From an uncultured Candidatus Saccharibacteria bacterium (lineage in GTDB: Bacteria; Patescibacteriota; Minisyncoccia; Phycocordibacterales; WO2-35-19), in NCBI GenBank assembly GCA_964630525.1, contig CAZVUY010000003.1, positions 48,699 to 112,698 on the forward strand: a stretch of DNA of 64,000 nt, in the 5' to 3' direction. The notes beneath the pieces were generated by a model that saw only the letters and a list, made by a program, of their open reading frames with translations, had not been told where the DNA came from and made no database searches. A program made the translations under genes and the position numbers. This document shows positions 47,525 through 57,168 of the stretch, piece after piece; position 1 is the first letter of the stretch; each line of letters opens with the position of its first letter.

Positions 47525-47643
47525 CTTGCTAACGAGAGGTTAGGTTCTTATTCTCTGACTTAATCTCAAACTACGAGAGAGTCAGAATTAGCCTTTTAGG
47601 AAATCCCGAAGGACTTCACCTTGTCGTTTGCAAGTAATGAGTA

Positions 47644-47901
47644 CTAATCGTACTCGAAGTGTTCCTTGTTCTGCGCTACCGACTCAGGAGCCGGCGGCTT
47701 TGCAAGGGAAGCAATTTGAGCGTCGAAGAGTTCACGATAAACTTCCGTGACGAACTCGACGGACTCCTCGTAAGTGATACCGATGGCTTTGGCCTCGTTG
47801 GCCAGCTCTCGGTTGAGACCTCGCCGTAGCTTGATCCCATTCTCACGAAGTTGCTTCTTCATCAGCAATAGAGCAATTTGCCCTTTGCGTTCTTCTGTCA
47901 T
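47644..47901 (-). CDS. Hypothetical protein (85 aa)
   Basis: ATG at 47901 has an AGGAGGTG RBS; the longer track ORF starts at 47952. Confidence 0.4.
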   Translation of the reverse strand: MTEERKGQIALLLMKKQLRENGIKLRRGLNRELANEAKAIGITYEESVEFVTEVYRELFDAQIASLAKPPAPESVAQNKEHFEYD

Positions 47902-48014
47902 GTACATCACCTCCTTTCCGAAGTGATCTAGGTATAGTATAGCATAATCCATCCGCTATTGCAAGTTTTATTAAAACATGGTTGAATTATGCGCGGAAAA
48001 GGAGATTTTACACA

Positions 48015-48809
48015 ATGCAGAAGAAAGTTGGTCCCTACGTTGGAGTCACAGGATTCATGTCCCGCGCTGAAGTAAATGAGGCGCTTGCTATGGTCCCTGA
48101 GGGATCAAAGCATCGTCTCATGGTCGGAGTTCTTATTAGCTCCAAGACATTCGCTGGTTTGCCAAACAAATGGCCCGGCCGGTATCCGAAGAAAGAGGTC
48201 GCGGCAGACATCTTCGCTGATGATCCGCGAGCACTCAACCTTATCCACTACAACACTGACAACCGTAACCAGCTTCATCATGAGCTCGTCGAGATCACGC
48301 GATTCATTGGTCCCGATAAGTTCGATGGATTCCAGATCAACATGCGATGGCCGTGTGCTACGGAACTACGCAATTACCAGCACATTTTCCCTGACAAGTT
48401 GCTGGTAGTGCAGGTTGGTGGCGGCGCACTTGAAGATGTGGGACGGATTGGTGGTCATCTGGGAGGTATTCTTTACCTCGTCTATGACCACCGCTCATGC
48501 TGTAGTTGGATGATCGATTCAGTTCTTATCGATCCAAGTGGTGGTAAGGGAATACCACTGAATACCGAGGAAGGAGCTGATCATCTTCGCGATGTCCGCG
48601 ATCACTACAAGACAAAAGAAGTTGGTATCGGCATTGCCGGTGGTCTTGGTCCGGATACGCTTCATCTCATCGAGCCGCTTGTTCAGGAGTTTCCGAACCT
48701 GAGCATTGATGCAGAAGGCAGGCTTCGCACCCAAGATGACCAGTTGGATATGTTAAGGGTCAAACTCTACCTTCAACGCGCATTCGAAATGTTCAATCGT
48801 CGGGCCTAA
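48015..48809 (+). CDS. Hypothetical TIM-barrel-like protein, possibly TrpF/PRAI-like
   Basis: Weak IDPSGGKG...GIAGGLGPD...IDAEGRLR pattern. GC-rich. The ORF track starts at TTG 47982; ATG at 48015 has a GGAG RBS. Confidence 0.3.
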   Translation: MQKKVGPYVGVTGFMSRAEVNEALAMVPEGSKHRLMVGVLISSKTFAGLPNKWPGRYPKKEVAADIFADDPRALNLIHYNTDNRNQLHHELVEITRFIGPDKFDGFQINMRWPCATELRNYQHIFPDKLLVVQVGGGALEDVGRIGGHLGGILYLVYDHRSCCSWMIDSVLIDPSGGKGIPLNTEEGADHLRDVRDHYKTKEVGIGIAGGLGPDTLHLIEPLVQEFPNLSIDAEGRLRTQDDQLDMLRVKLYLQRAFEMFNRRA

Positions 48810-49122
48810 TAGCCCACTCTCGCGTCAGGCCAAGTGTCTGGCGCGAGCTTTCTTTTTATCCAAAATTTAATTACACTCTATAAATCATGGCCAATATTTC
48901 TGTTGGCACGGGAGGGACGCAATCGAGCATTTTCATAACCCAATGGCTTCTAAGAAAATTCCCTTCTTTTTCGAGATAAAATTACCGCCTCCACTCCGTA
49001 GGGGAATCGACTACGGCATTACCAAGGACAACCGCTGGGTCTTTACCGTAGATAAAAAAGAATAGTCCGACTTCTCGGGTAAGGTTTACTAACAAACAAA
49101 TATAAGATAAATTACCTTTGGT

Positions 49123-49557
49123 ATGAAAAATTGTGTATATTGCACGTTACCGGAAATCAAGGAAAGACAGATTATCGAGAATGATCTGGCTTGGGCTTTC
49201 TTAACCAACATCCCAATCACCCCCGGCCACACACTCGTTATACCGAAGAGGTGTGTCGCAAAGTATGAGGACCTGACCACAGAAGAAAAGTCGGCGATTG
49301 AAGAACTTCGAGTGAAGATCGTCGATGTCCTTACAAAGCTCTACGGAGCTGAAGGGTTCAATATCGCTTGGAACGTGAACAAGATCGCTGGCCAGTCGGT
49401 CCCTCATTTTCACTTGCACATTGTGCCTCGGAAGGAAGGCGACGAAGGTATCTACGAATACGAGCCGAGGAAGTTTTTATATCGGCCGGGAAGTCGCGAG
49501 ACAACTCCGGAAGATGAACTCAAAGCCACTTCGGAGGAAATACGAAATGCACTGTAG
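49123..49557 (+). CDS. HIT-family hydrolase
   Basis: Histidine triad HFHLHIVPR. Confidence 0.8.
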   Translation: MKNCVYCTLPEIKERQIIENDLAWAFLTNIPITPGHTLVIPKRCVAKYEDLTTEEKSAIEELRVKIVDVLTKLYGAEGFNIAWNVNKIAGQSVPHFHLHIVPRKEGDEGIYEYEPRKFLYRPGSRETTPEDELKATSEEIRNAL

Positions 49558-49599
49558 TACAAAGGGCCGCGGAGAATATCCACGGCCCTGTTCTTTTGT

Positions 49600-50171
49600 T
49601 CATAGAGCAAGTTCCTTTTTGACAACTTCCACGATCTTCGGCCAATCCCGTTCGTGGAAAGCCATATACTCGCGAATGGCATGTTGCACTTGGCGCCAGC
49701 CGCCATCTCCGTTACTTCTCGGATAGACTTTGCCGGTCTTCATGTCGAACACCTCGCTTCCCATAAAAGTAGCAACACGAGCGGTATGCAAAGCCGGTTT
49801 TTCCATGTCTGGATACTTGAGCGGTTTGTGGGCTCGCCATAGTTCACAACCCAGATTGTCATTTTGGTCTTCTCCTCGACAGAGAAAGAACGATTCGATA
49901 CCGAGGTCATGCAGCTCTTTGGCAAAAGCGAGCTGTTTGTGCGAGATACCGGGGATCTTGCCGGGCAGCCAGCAATTTTCGAAGATAATGGCCCGAAGTT
50001 TCCCATCAACCAAACACTGCTTCAGCTTGGTTAGTTCTTCTTCTGGATTGGTGTCGAAGATGTCGTTGTGCAGGCAAAAGGTATGCAGCCCTTGGCCAGT
50101 TTGGGCGGTTTCCGTAAGTTGCCCAGTTCCGGACGAATAGCTGGTAGTCGCCAGTATTTTGAGTTTTTTCA
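49600..50171 (-). CDS. Hypothetical protein (190 aa)
   Basis: ATG at 50171 has a GGAAGGAG RBS. Moderately GC-rich. Confidence 0.4.
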
Positions 50172-50262
50172 TCAGAACTCCTTCCGGGAGTAAAGCTACC
50201 TCCAAAACGCCACTATGTAAATAGCTTTCTTTTTATCTAAATTTTGGTTAAGCTCAATACCA

Positions 50263-51345
50263 ATGGCCAATATTTCTGTTGGGATAGTCGGTTTGCCGAA
50301 TGTGGGGAAGTCCACCCTTTTTAATGCGCTTACCAAAAAAAGCGTGCCGGCGGAGAATTATCCTTTTTGCACCATTGATCCGAGTGTTGGGATTGTGCCG
50401 GTGCCAGACGATCGTCTCACCAAGCTGGCCGAGCTTAGTCACTCGGCCAAAACGATTCCAGCGGTAGTGGAATTTACTGACATTGCCGGGTTGGTAAAAG
50501 GCGCTTCGGAGGGTGAAGGGTTGGGCAACCAATTTCTCTCTCATATCAGAGAGGTAGATGCGATCGCTCAGGTGGTCCGTATCTTTGAGGACAAAGATAT
50601 CATTCATGTTCATAATAAAGTGGATCCGGTATTTGATATCGGTACTATCAACCTCGAGCTTATCTTGGCCGACTTGCAGACGGTGAGCAAAAGACTTGGG
50701 ACTTTGGAGAAAGATGTCAAAAGAGGCGATAAGGAAGCAGTGATTTTACAAGGGGCGTTGCAAAAAATAAAAGAAGCACTGGAGAGCGAAAAACTTGCTT
50801 CCACTGTTTTTGCTCCGACGCACGAAGTGGTCGGAGGGTCGGCTGTAAACGTCGACCATGATAAAGAGTATCCGCTAGTCAAACAAATGCAACTTCTCAC
50901 CATGAAGCCGATCTTTTATGTTCTGAATACTTCGGAGGCAAGTGAAAATTTGGAAATTGAAAATTTACTCCGACGTGAAGTCGGAGAGCCGACCGAAGCG
51001 TCGGCTTTGAAAATTAACAACTATGTTGTTGTTGATGCGGTGTTTGAAAAAGGTTTTGATGATTTGATCAAAAAAGCTTACGAAGTGCTTGATCTCATAA
51101 CTTTTTTCACTACCGGAGAGGACGAAACCAGGGGTTGGACTACCAAAAAAAATTCGACAGCACCGGAAGCGGGTACGGCGATCCATACAGATTTTAAAGA
51201 CAAATTCATTCGAGCCGAAGTGGTGTATTGTGATGATCTGCTAAGTGCTGGCTCTTATACTACTGCTCGCGAGAAAGGTCTGGTCCGCACCGAAGGCAAG
51301 GAGTACATTGTCAAAGATGGCGATGTGATTGAGTTTAAGATCTAA
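50263..51345 (+). CDS. ychF: Ribosome-binding ATPase YchF
   Basis: GIVGLPNVGKSTLFNALT. Obg-like with a TGS domain. Confidence 0.9.
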   Translation: MANISVGIVGLPNVGKSTLFNALTKKSVPAENYPFCTIDPSVGIVPVPDDRLTKLAELSHSAKTIPAVVEFTDIAGLVKGASEGEGLGNQFLSHIREVDAIAQVVRIFEDKDIIHVHNKVDPVFDIGTINLELILADLQTVSKRLGTLEKDVKRGDKEAVILQGALQKIKEALESEKLASTVFAPTHEVVGGSAVNVDHDKEYPLVKQMQLLTMKPIFYVLNTSEASENLEIENLLRREVGEPTEASALKINNYVVVDAVFEKGFDDLIKKAYEVLDLITFFTTGEDETRGWTTKKNSTAPEAGTAIHTDFKDKFIRAEVVYCDDLLSAGSYTTAREKGLVRTEGKEYIVKDGDVIEFKI

Positions 51346-51390
51346 TAATTTAATGATATAATCTGATTTATTATTTTAATTGAAAACTTT

Positions 51391-52332
51391 ATGGAAAATA
51401 ATATCCCCACAAATCGTGGTACTAGCGCCAAGGACTTCTTCCTCCATCTTGGCATGATAGTTTCGCTCTATGTAGTTGCCGGTAACTTTATTAGCCTTTT
51501 GTTTACTATCATCAACAAGTCTTATCCTGAGGTTGCTAGATATTATAGCTATTATTACAACGGTTCCGAAATAAGCTTGCCAGTTGCGACGCTCATTATT
51601 GTCTTTCCGGTTTTTGTTGTTCTCTCAAGATGGGTACATCGGAGCTACGAAGAATTTCCCGAGAAAAAGCACCTGGCGATCCGCAAGTGGCTGACTTACA
51701 TCACTCTTTTTGTGGCCGGTATCATGTTGGTGGGGGATTTGGTAACAGTACTCTATAAGTTTTTGGATGGTCAGGATCTGACTGCCGCCTTCTTGCTCAA
51801 AGCACTCACTGTACTTTTGGTTTCCGGAGCGGTATTTGGGTTCTATCTGCAGGATATCCGAGATCGGGTATCAGAAAAAGCACGCAATATATGGGCGGTA
51901 GCGGTCGGCTGCATTCTTTTGATCAGTATCATCCTCGGTTTTTCAGTCATCGGCTCACCCAGAACCCAACGGCTGATGAGGTGGGATAATCAAAAAATTT
52001 CTGATCTCCAAAACTTGCAATGGCAGGTGATCAATTATTGGCAAATGAATGGCATGATCCCGGAGATGATGCCAAACATTCCTCTTGACCCAGAGACCGG
52101 CACTCCTTATGAATATCGCAAGAGAGGCGATTTGCAATTTGAACTTTGTGCTAGTTTCAACCGCTCTTTTGAAGGCAATGGTTATGGTGGTAGGGGTGTT
52201 GGAATGATGGGTGAAGGACCATACTTTAAAGGTGGCATGATGAATAATGACAATTGGATGCATAGCGCTGGCCGACAATGCTTTACTCGAGAAATCGATC
52301 CCATTGCATATCCGACCAGTGTAAGGGGGTAG
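51391..52332 (+). CDS. Hypothetical membrane protein
   Basis: Polytopic N-terminal half and a Gly/Met-rich tail. Confidence 0.45.
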   Translation: MENNIPTNRGTSAKDFFLHLGMIVSLYVVAGNFISLLFTIINKSYPEVARYYSYYYNGSEISLPVATLIIVFPVFVVLSRWVHRSYEEFPEKKHLAIRKWLTYITLFVAGIMLVGDLVTVLYKFLDGQDLTAAFLLKALTVLLVSGAVFGFYLQDIRDRVSEKARNIWAVAVGCILLISIILGFSVIGSPRTQRLMRWDNQKISDLQNLQWQVINYWQMNGMIPEMMPNIPLDPETGTPYEYRKRGDLQFELCASFNRSFEGNGYGGRGVGMMGEGPYFKGGMMNNDNWMHSAGRQCFTREIDPIAYPTSVRG

Positions 52333-52340
52333 GCTCCCTA

Positions 52341-52377
52341 CAACAAAAAACCGCTTTGAATCAGCGGTTTTTTGTTG
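52341..52377 (+). terminator. Rho-independent terminator
   Basis: AAAACCGCT-TTGAATC-AGCGGTTTT plus TTTTGTTG. The outer 15-bp arms also pair. Confidence 0.6.
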
Positions 52378-52389
52378 TATATTTTGGTT

Positions 52390-54768
52390 ATGGATAATTA
52401 TAATCACCAAGAAATAGAAAAGAAGTGGCAAGAGAAGTGGAAGGCAGAAAAAATGTACGAAGCCAAAGATGATACTTCTAGAGATAAGAATTTTTATCTT
52501 CTTTTTGAATTCCCGTATCCATCGGGCAATCTGCATATAGGTCATTGGTACGCTTTTGCGATGCCTGATATTTTTGCTCGAATGAAGCGAATGCAGGACT
52601 TCAATATTCTTTTTCCGATTGGTTTCGATGCATTTGGTTTGCCGGCAGAGAACGCGGCGATCAAGCATGGCCTTGATCCTAAAAAGTGGACTTACGAAAA
52701 TATAGCCTACATGGAGCAGCAGCTCTCGAGTATGGGCGGCTCTTTTGATTGGTCGCGCAAGGTGGTGACTGCAGATCCAGAGTATTACAGGTGGACTCAG
52801 TGGTTGTTTTTGAAATTTTTCAAAAAAGGTTTGGCTTATAAGAGGCGGGCCAATGTTAACTGGTGTCCCAAAGATCAGACCGTGCTTGCCAATGAACAGG
52901 TGATAGCGGGCAAATGTGAAAGGTGCGGGACTGAGGTGGTGCAGAAAGATTTGGAGCAATGGTTTTTCAAAATTACGGATTATGCCGATCGCTTAGTTGA
53001 CGATCTGGCAAATCTAAATTGGCCTGAGCCCATCAAGGACGCACAGAGAAATTGGATAGGGAAGTCAGAAGGATCGGAAATAAGCTTTGAGCTTAAAGCT
53101 AAAAGCTTAGAGTCCGAACAGCTCCAAGCTCCAAGCTCCAAGCTCTCAGCTATTAATATATTCACCACCAGGGCAGACACTCTTTTGGGTGCTACTTACC
53201 TTGTTTTGGCGCCGGAGCATCCAGCAATTAAAAATCTAGCATCTAGCATCCAGAATCTAGCAGAAGTGGAAAAATATATTGAAGCAGTAAAGAAAAAAAC
53301 GGAAATAGAAAGGACTGATGCTAAAAAAGAAAAAACTGGTGTGGAGTTGAAGGGGGTAAAGGCTATCAATCCAGCGACTGGGGAAGAAATACCGGTTTGG
53401 GTGGCTGACTATGTACTTGGTGGCTATGGGACTGGGGCGGTAATGGCTGTACCAGCTCATGATGAGCGCGATTTTGATTTTGCTCAAAAATACAATTTGC
53501 CGATCAAGGAAATTACTCCTGATTGGGGTTTGTTGGAGCAGTTTGGCAAAAAAGTCACTAAATATAAATTGCGAGATTGGTTGTTGAGCCGCCAGCGCTA
53601 TTGGGGAGTGCCAATCCCGATCGTTTATGATCCGCAGGGTCAGCCGCAGCCAGTCCCTGAAGAGTATTTGCCTTGGCTTTTGCCGGAAGACAATATCGAC
53701 TTTACTCCTAGAGGTGCTTCACCACTCGCTTCATCTGCCGAACTAAAAGAAAGGGTGGTAAAAATTTTTGGTGAAGGCTGGACTCCAGAGTACGACACAA
53801 TGGATACTTTTGTTGATTCCTCTTGGTATTTTCTGAGGTACACCGATCCCAAGAATAGTCAGGAGTTTGCTTCTCAGGAGAAAATGAATGCTTGGTTGCC
53901 AGTCGACAAATATTCTGGCGGAGCCGAACATACGACGATGCATCTTTTGTATTCGCGCTTTTTCCACAAAGCTCTTTTCGATATGGGTTTGGTCAAAGAT
54001 TCAGAACCATATTTAAACCGAATGAATCGGGGTTTGATCCTCGGTCCCGATGGTCAAAAGATGAGCAAATCAAAAGGTAATGTGATTGATCCTGATGAAC
54101 AAGTGACTCGAGTTGGGGCTGACACGGTCCGCATGTACCTAGCCTTTATTGGGCCCTACAACGAGACCGGCCAATATCCGTGGGACCTAGGCGGGGTCGC
54201 TGGTGTTAGAAGATTTTTGGAAAGAGTGTGGAGAGTAAGCTTAGAGCTTAAAGCTAAAAGCTCAGAGGAAGAAAAGCTCTCAGCTCCAAGCTCTCAGCTC
54301 TCAACTCTTTTGCATAAAACTATAAAAAAAGTTACTGAAGATATCGAAGCTTTCAAATTCAACACCGCCATTTCGGCACTCATGATATTGCTGAATGAGT
54401 TGGAGAAACAGGTCACTAATAACCAGCCACAATTAACCAAACAAACATTCGAAGTATTTTTGAAGTTGTTGGCCCCGTTTGCACCACACATAACTGAAGA
54501 GATCTGGCATAATTTTGGGTATCAAAATTCTATTCATCTCGAAAAGTGGCCAGAATACGATGAAGCTGAAATCGTCGAGGATAAAGTGACAATATCAGTA
54601 CAGATCAATGGCAAAATCAGGGCTAAGTTTGAGGCCAGCTCTGATATTTCGGAGCAAGAGGCCAAAGATAGAGCGCTTATGATGCCGGAGGTGACCAAAT
54701 GGCTAGGGAGTGGGGAAGTTAAAAAGACAGTCTTTGTACCTAAAAAGATCATTAGTTTTGTGGTATAA
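52390..54768 (+). CDS. leuS: Leucyl-tRNA synthetase
   Basis: HIGH motif (PYPSGNLHIGHWY) and KMSKS present. The track ORF starts at TTG 52372; ATG at 52390. Confidence 0.9.
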   Translation: MDNYNHQEIEKKWQEKWKAEKMYEAKDDTSRDKNFYLLFEFPYPSGNLHIGHWYAFAMPDIFARMKRMQDFNILFPIGFDAFGLPAENAAIKHGLDPKKWTYENIAYMEQQLSSMGGSFDWSRKVVTADPEYYRWTQWLFLKFFKKGLAYKRRANVNWCPKDQTVLANEQVIAGKCERCGTEVVQKDLEQWFFKITDYADRLVDDLANLNWPEPIKDAQRNWIGKSEGSEISFELKAKSLESEQLQAPSSKLSAINIFTTRADTLLGATYLVLAPEHPAIKNLASSIQNLAEVEKYIEAVKKKTEIERTDAKKEKTGVELKGVKAINPATGEEIPVWVADYVLGGYGTGAVMAVPAHDERDFDFAQKYNLPIKEITPDWGLLEQFGKKVTKYKLRDWLLSRQRYWGVPIPIVYDPQGQPQPVPEEYLPWLLPEDNIDFTPRGASPLASSAELKERVVKIFGEGWTPEYDTMDTFVDSSWYFLRYTDPKNSQEFASQEKMNAWLPVDKYSGGAEHTTMHLLYSRFFHKALFDMGLVKDSEPYLNRMNRGLILGPDGQKMSKSKGNVIDPDEQVTRVGADTVRMYLAFIGPYNETGQYPWDLGGVAGVRRFLERVWRVSLELKAKSSEEEKLSAPSSQLSTLLHKTIKKVTEDIEAFKFNTAISALMILLNELEKQVTNNQPQLTKQTFEVFLKLLAPFAPHITEEIWHNFGYQNSIHLEKWPEYDEAEIVEDKVTISVQINGKIRAKFEASSDISEQEAKDRALMMPEVTKWLGSGEVKKTVFVPKKIISFVV
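53083..53152 (+). repeat. In-frame repeat element, copy 1, inside leuS
   Basis: AAGCTTTGAGCTTAAAGCTAAAAGCTTAGAG followed by (AGCTCCA)x3-AGCTCTCAGCT. Translated as ELKAKSLE...APSSKLSA. Confidence 0.6.
54236..54305 (+). repeat. In-frame repeat element, copy 2, inside leuS
   Basis: AAGCTTAGAGCTTAAAGCTAAAAGCTCAGAG is 29/31 identical to copy 1 and is followed by AGCTCTCAGCTCCAAGCTCTCAGCTCTC. Translated as ELKAKSSEEEKLSAPSSQLS. Confidence 0.6.
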
Positions 54769-54858
54769 TCTGTTTGTTTGACAAAAAACTACTCTATGAT
54801 ATTGTTTAGAGCGTTCTAATTAAACTTTTTAATTTTATTATCAAAATAACTCAATCGG

Positions 54859-55914
54859 ATGAAAAAAGAAGTTCAAAAAAATAAATTAGCTACTCTCTCC
54901 TTCAATCCAAAGCAGGTGGTCAAAAAGCTGCTTGGCTCTCTACCAAACAGGGCTCAAGATGTGATAGTGGGTCGATTCGGACTGAACCAAGCGGGTGATG
55001 AAATGACCCTTGAAGCGATTGGTCAAAAATACGGCATTACCAGAGAACGTGTCCGACAAATAGAGAATTATGCCATCAACCACATTCGCAAATCCGATAT
55101 TTATACTAAAGAGAAGCCTGTTTTTGAAGAACTGCTTTCGGTCGTGGCCAAGATGGGCGGAGTTATCTCTGAAGAAGATTTGCTTGACTACTTAGCAAAA
55201 GATGAGAGTACTAAAAAACACCTTCATTTTTTGCTAGTAGTAGGTGATGATTTCAACAAGATCAAGGAAGACAGTGAATTTAAACATCGTTGGCATATCG
55301 ATAAAGCTTTGTCCGAAAGGATTGAAGATGCTCTTCGCAAGCTCTATACCAAACTCTCTGATGACGCGATCGTGCCAGAGTCAGAAATGATCTCTTCTTT
55401 TTTGGAACATTTGAAAGACGTTTCTGAAGATTATAAACAGGATGAGATCATCACTCGATGGCTTTCTCTTTCTAAAAACATTTCTAAGAATCCGCTCGGT
55501 GAATGGGGTAAAACCAAATCTTCCAACATCAAAACCAAAGGTGTCAGGGATTATGCTTATCTTATCTTGCGTCGACACGGTTCTCCTATTCATTTTCGGG
55601 AAGTTGCCAAATTGATCAGCGAAGTTTTCAAGAAGAAGGCTCACGTAGCGACAACTCACAATGAATTGATCAAGGATCCGAGATTTGTTTTGGTGGGCCG
55701 CGGCCTCTATGCTCTCAAAGAATGGGGTTATTCGACCGGTGTTGTCAAAGATGTGATCCGGGAAATCATCAAAAAGAATGGACCACTTTCGAAAGAGGAT
55801 ATCTTGGAGAGAGTATTGAAAGAGCGATATGTCAAACCAAACACTGTAATGGTCAACCTCCAAAACCCAAAGTATTTTAAAAAGACCAAACAAGGAGTAT
55901 ACACAATTGCCTAA
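54859..55914 (+). CDS. Sigma-70 region-4 HTH protein with a C-terminal HARE-HTH-like domain
   Basis: N-terminal LEAIGQKYGITRERVRQIENYAINHIR and C-terminal IHFREVAKLI...RFVLVGRGLYALKEWG. Confidence 0.55.
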   Translation: MKKEVQKNKLATLSFNPKQVVKKLLGSLPNRAQDVIVGRFGLNQAGDEMTLEAIGQKYGITRERVRQIENYAINHIRKSDIYTKEKPVFEELLSVVAKMGGVISEEDLLDYLAKDESTKKHLHFLLVVGDDFNKIKEDSEFKHRWHIDKALSERIEDALRKLYTKLSDDAIVPESEMISSFLEHLKDVSEDYKQDEIITRWLSLSKNISKNPLGEWGKTKSSNIKTKGVRDYAYLILRRHGSPIHFREVAKLISEVFKKKAHVATTHNELIKDPRFVLVGRGLYALKEWGYSTGVVKDVIREIIKKNGPLSKEDILERVLKERYVKPNTVMVNLQNPKYFKKTKQGVYTIA

Positions 55915-55938
55915 AAAGTCCTGTGCTATAATTTGGAC

Positions 55939-57168
55939 ATGCCAGATTTTATACCCCCAGAGATAGGGAATGCTCTTGTTCAAGCTTTCAAATATATCTA
56001 CTTAGCGATGCCTGTTTGGTTGCCTGTTTTTTTCCTCGTTACTCTTTTTAATGCCTGGATTTACTATCGCCGCTCAGCTTATTTCGCTGGCTTGGGGAGT
56101 ATTTTGCTTGAAATCAAATTGCCGAGAGAAGTATTTAAATCACCTGCGGCGATGGAGATCGTGCTTCAGGTTTTGCATCAAGGTGGTGGGGAGAGTACCT
56201 GGATCGATCGTCTTTGGCTTGGCAAAAAAAGAGATTGGTTTTCTCTCGAGATAGTCTCTTCTGGAGGTAAAGTGAGTTTCTACATTTGGACTCGACCCAA
56301 GTATCGCAACTTGATCGAGTCTCAGATCTATTCTCAATACCCAGGTGTCGAGGTTTATGAAGTCAAAGACTATACTTTGCCGTTTTTCTACAATCCGGAG
56401 GCCAATGAAGTTTGGGCTTGCGGCTTTGAGTTGGCTGAAGCTGATCCGTATCCCATTAAGACCTATATTGATTATGGTCTGGAGAAAGATCCTAAAGAAG
56501 AGTTCAAGATTGATCCGATGACCTCGATGATCGAGTTCCTTGGTTCGATCGTGAGTGGTCAGAATATTTGGATCCAAATATTAGTGCGAGCTCACAAGAA
56601 ACGTCGTGTTCTCGATCTTTTTGATGAAAAGGAAGATGCTTGGAAGGATGAGGCCAAAAATCAAATAAAAACAATCATTGAGAGCATGAAGGTTGAGGGT
56701 GCTAGTTTTGGTCGGATTCCAACCAAAGGTGAAGCAGATAAAATCGCCGCTTTAGAGAGGAGTGTCACCAAACTACCTTTTGATTGTGGTATCCGAGCCA
56801 TCTATTTGACTGATAAAGAAAAATTTAATTCAGCCAACATTGGCGGTATTACCGGGGCTCTCAAACAGTATGGTTCAAATGGTTTGAATGGATTCAAGCC
56901 GGCTGGTGGGATGACTATCTTCGATTACCCTTGGCAAGAGTGGTTTGGGGCCAAAGAAAAACTAAAACCAATTTTTCTTGATGAGTATAAACTCAGAAGA
57001 TTTTTTCACTCACCTTATGTTGGTAAAAAGTTTTATCACAAACCGTTTGTACTGAATGCTGAAGAGTTGGCCACAATTTTCCATTTTGTTGGATCGGTCG
57101 CCATGACACCAACCTTCGAAAGAGTTAATTCTAAGAAAGCTGAAGCACCTTCCAATTTACCGATATGA
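55939..57168 (+). CDS. Hypothetical membrane protein
   Basis: N-terminal TM helix. The track ORF starts at TTG 55933; ATG at 55939. Confidence 0.4.
   Translation: MPDFIPPEIGNALVQAFKYIYLAMPVWLPVFFLVTLFNAWIYYRRSAYFAGLGSILLEIKLPREVFKSPAAMEIVLQVLHQGGGESTWIDRLWLGKKRDWFSLEIVSSGGKVSFYIWTRPKYRNLIESQIYSQYPGVEVYEVKDYTLPFFYNPEANEVWACGFELAEADPYPIKTYIDYGLEKDPKEEFKIDPMTSMIEFLGSIVSGQNIWIQILVRAHKKRRVLDLFDEKEDAWKDEAKNQIKTIIESMKVEGASFGRIPTKGEADKIAALERSVTKLPFDCGIRAIYLTDKEKFNSANIGGITGALKQYGSNGLNGFKPAGGMTIFDYPWQEWFGAKEKLKPIFLDEYKLRRFFHSPYVGKKFYHKPFVLNAEELATIFHFVGSVAMTPTFERVNSKKAEAPSNLPI

Noticed and set aside
52341-52377. T-box riboswitch upstream of leuS
   Set aside because: Only a simple terminator hairpin fits in the 57-nt gap. 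There is no room for a T-box leader of about 250 nt.
51955-52959. 334-aa minus-strand ORF
   Set aside because: It overlaps both the membrane-protein gene and the conserved N-terminus of leuS on the opposite strand, and it spans a terminator. Spurious.
53100-53152. CRISPR-like appearance of the AGCTCCA hexamer repeats
   Set aside because: The units are far too short and sit inside a coding sequence with no spacers and no cas genes. They belong to the in-frame repeat element.
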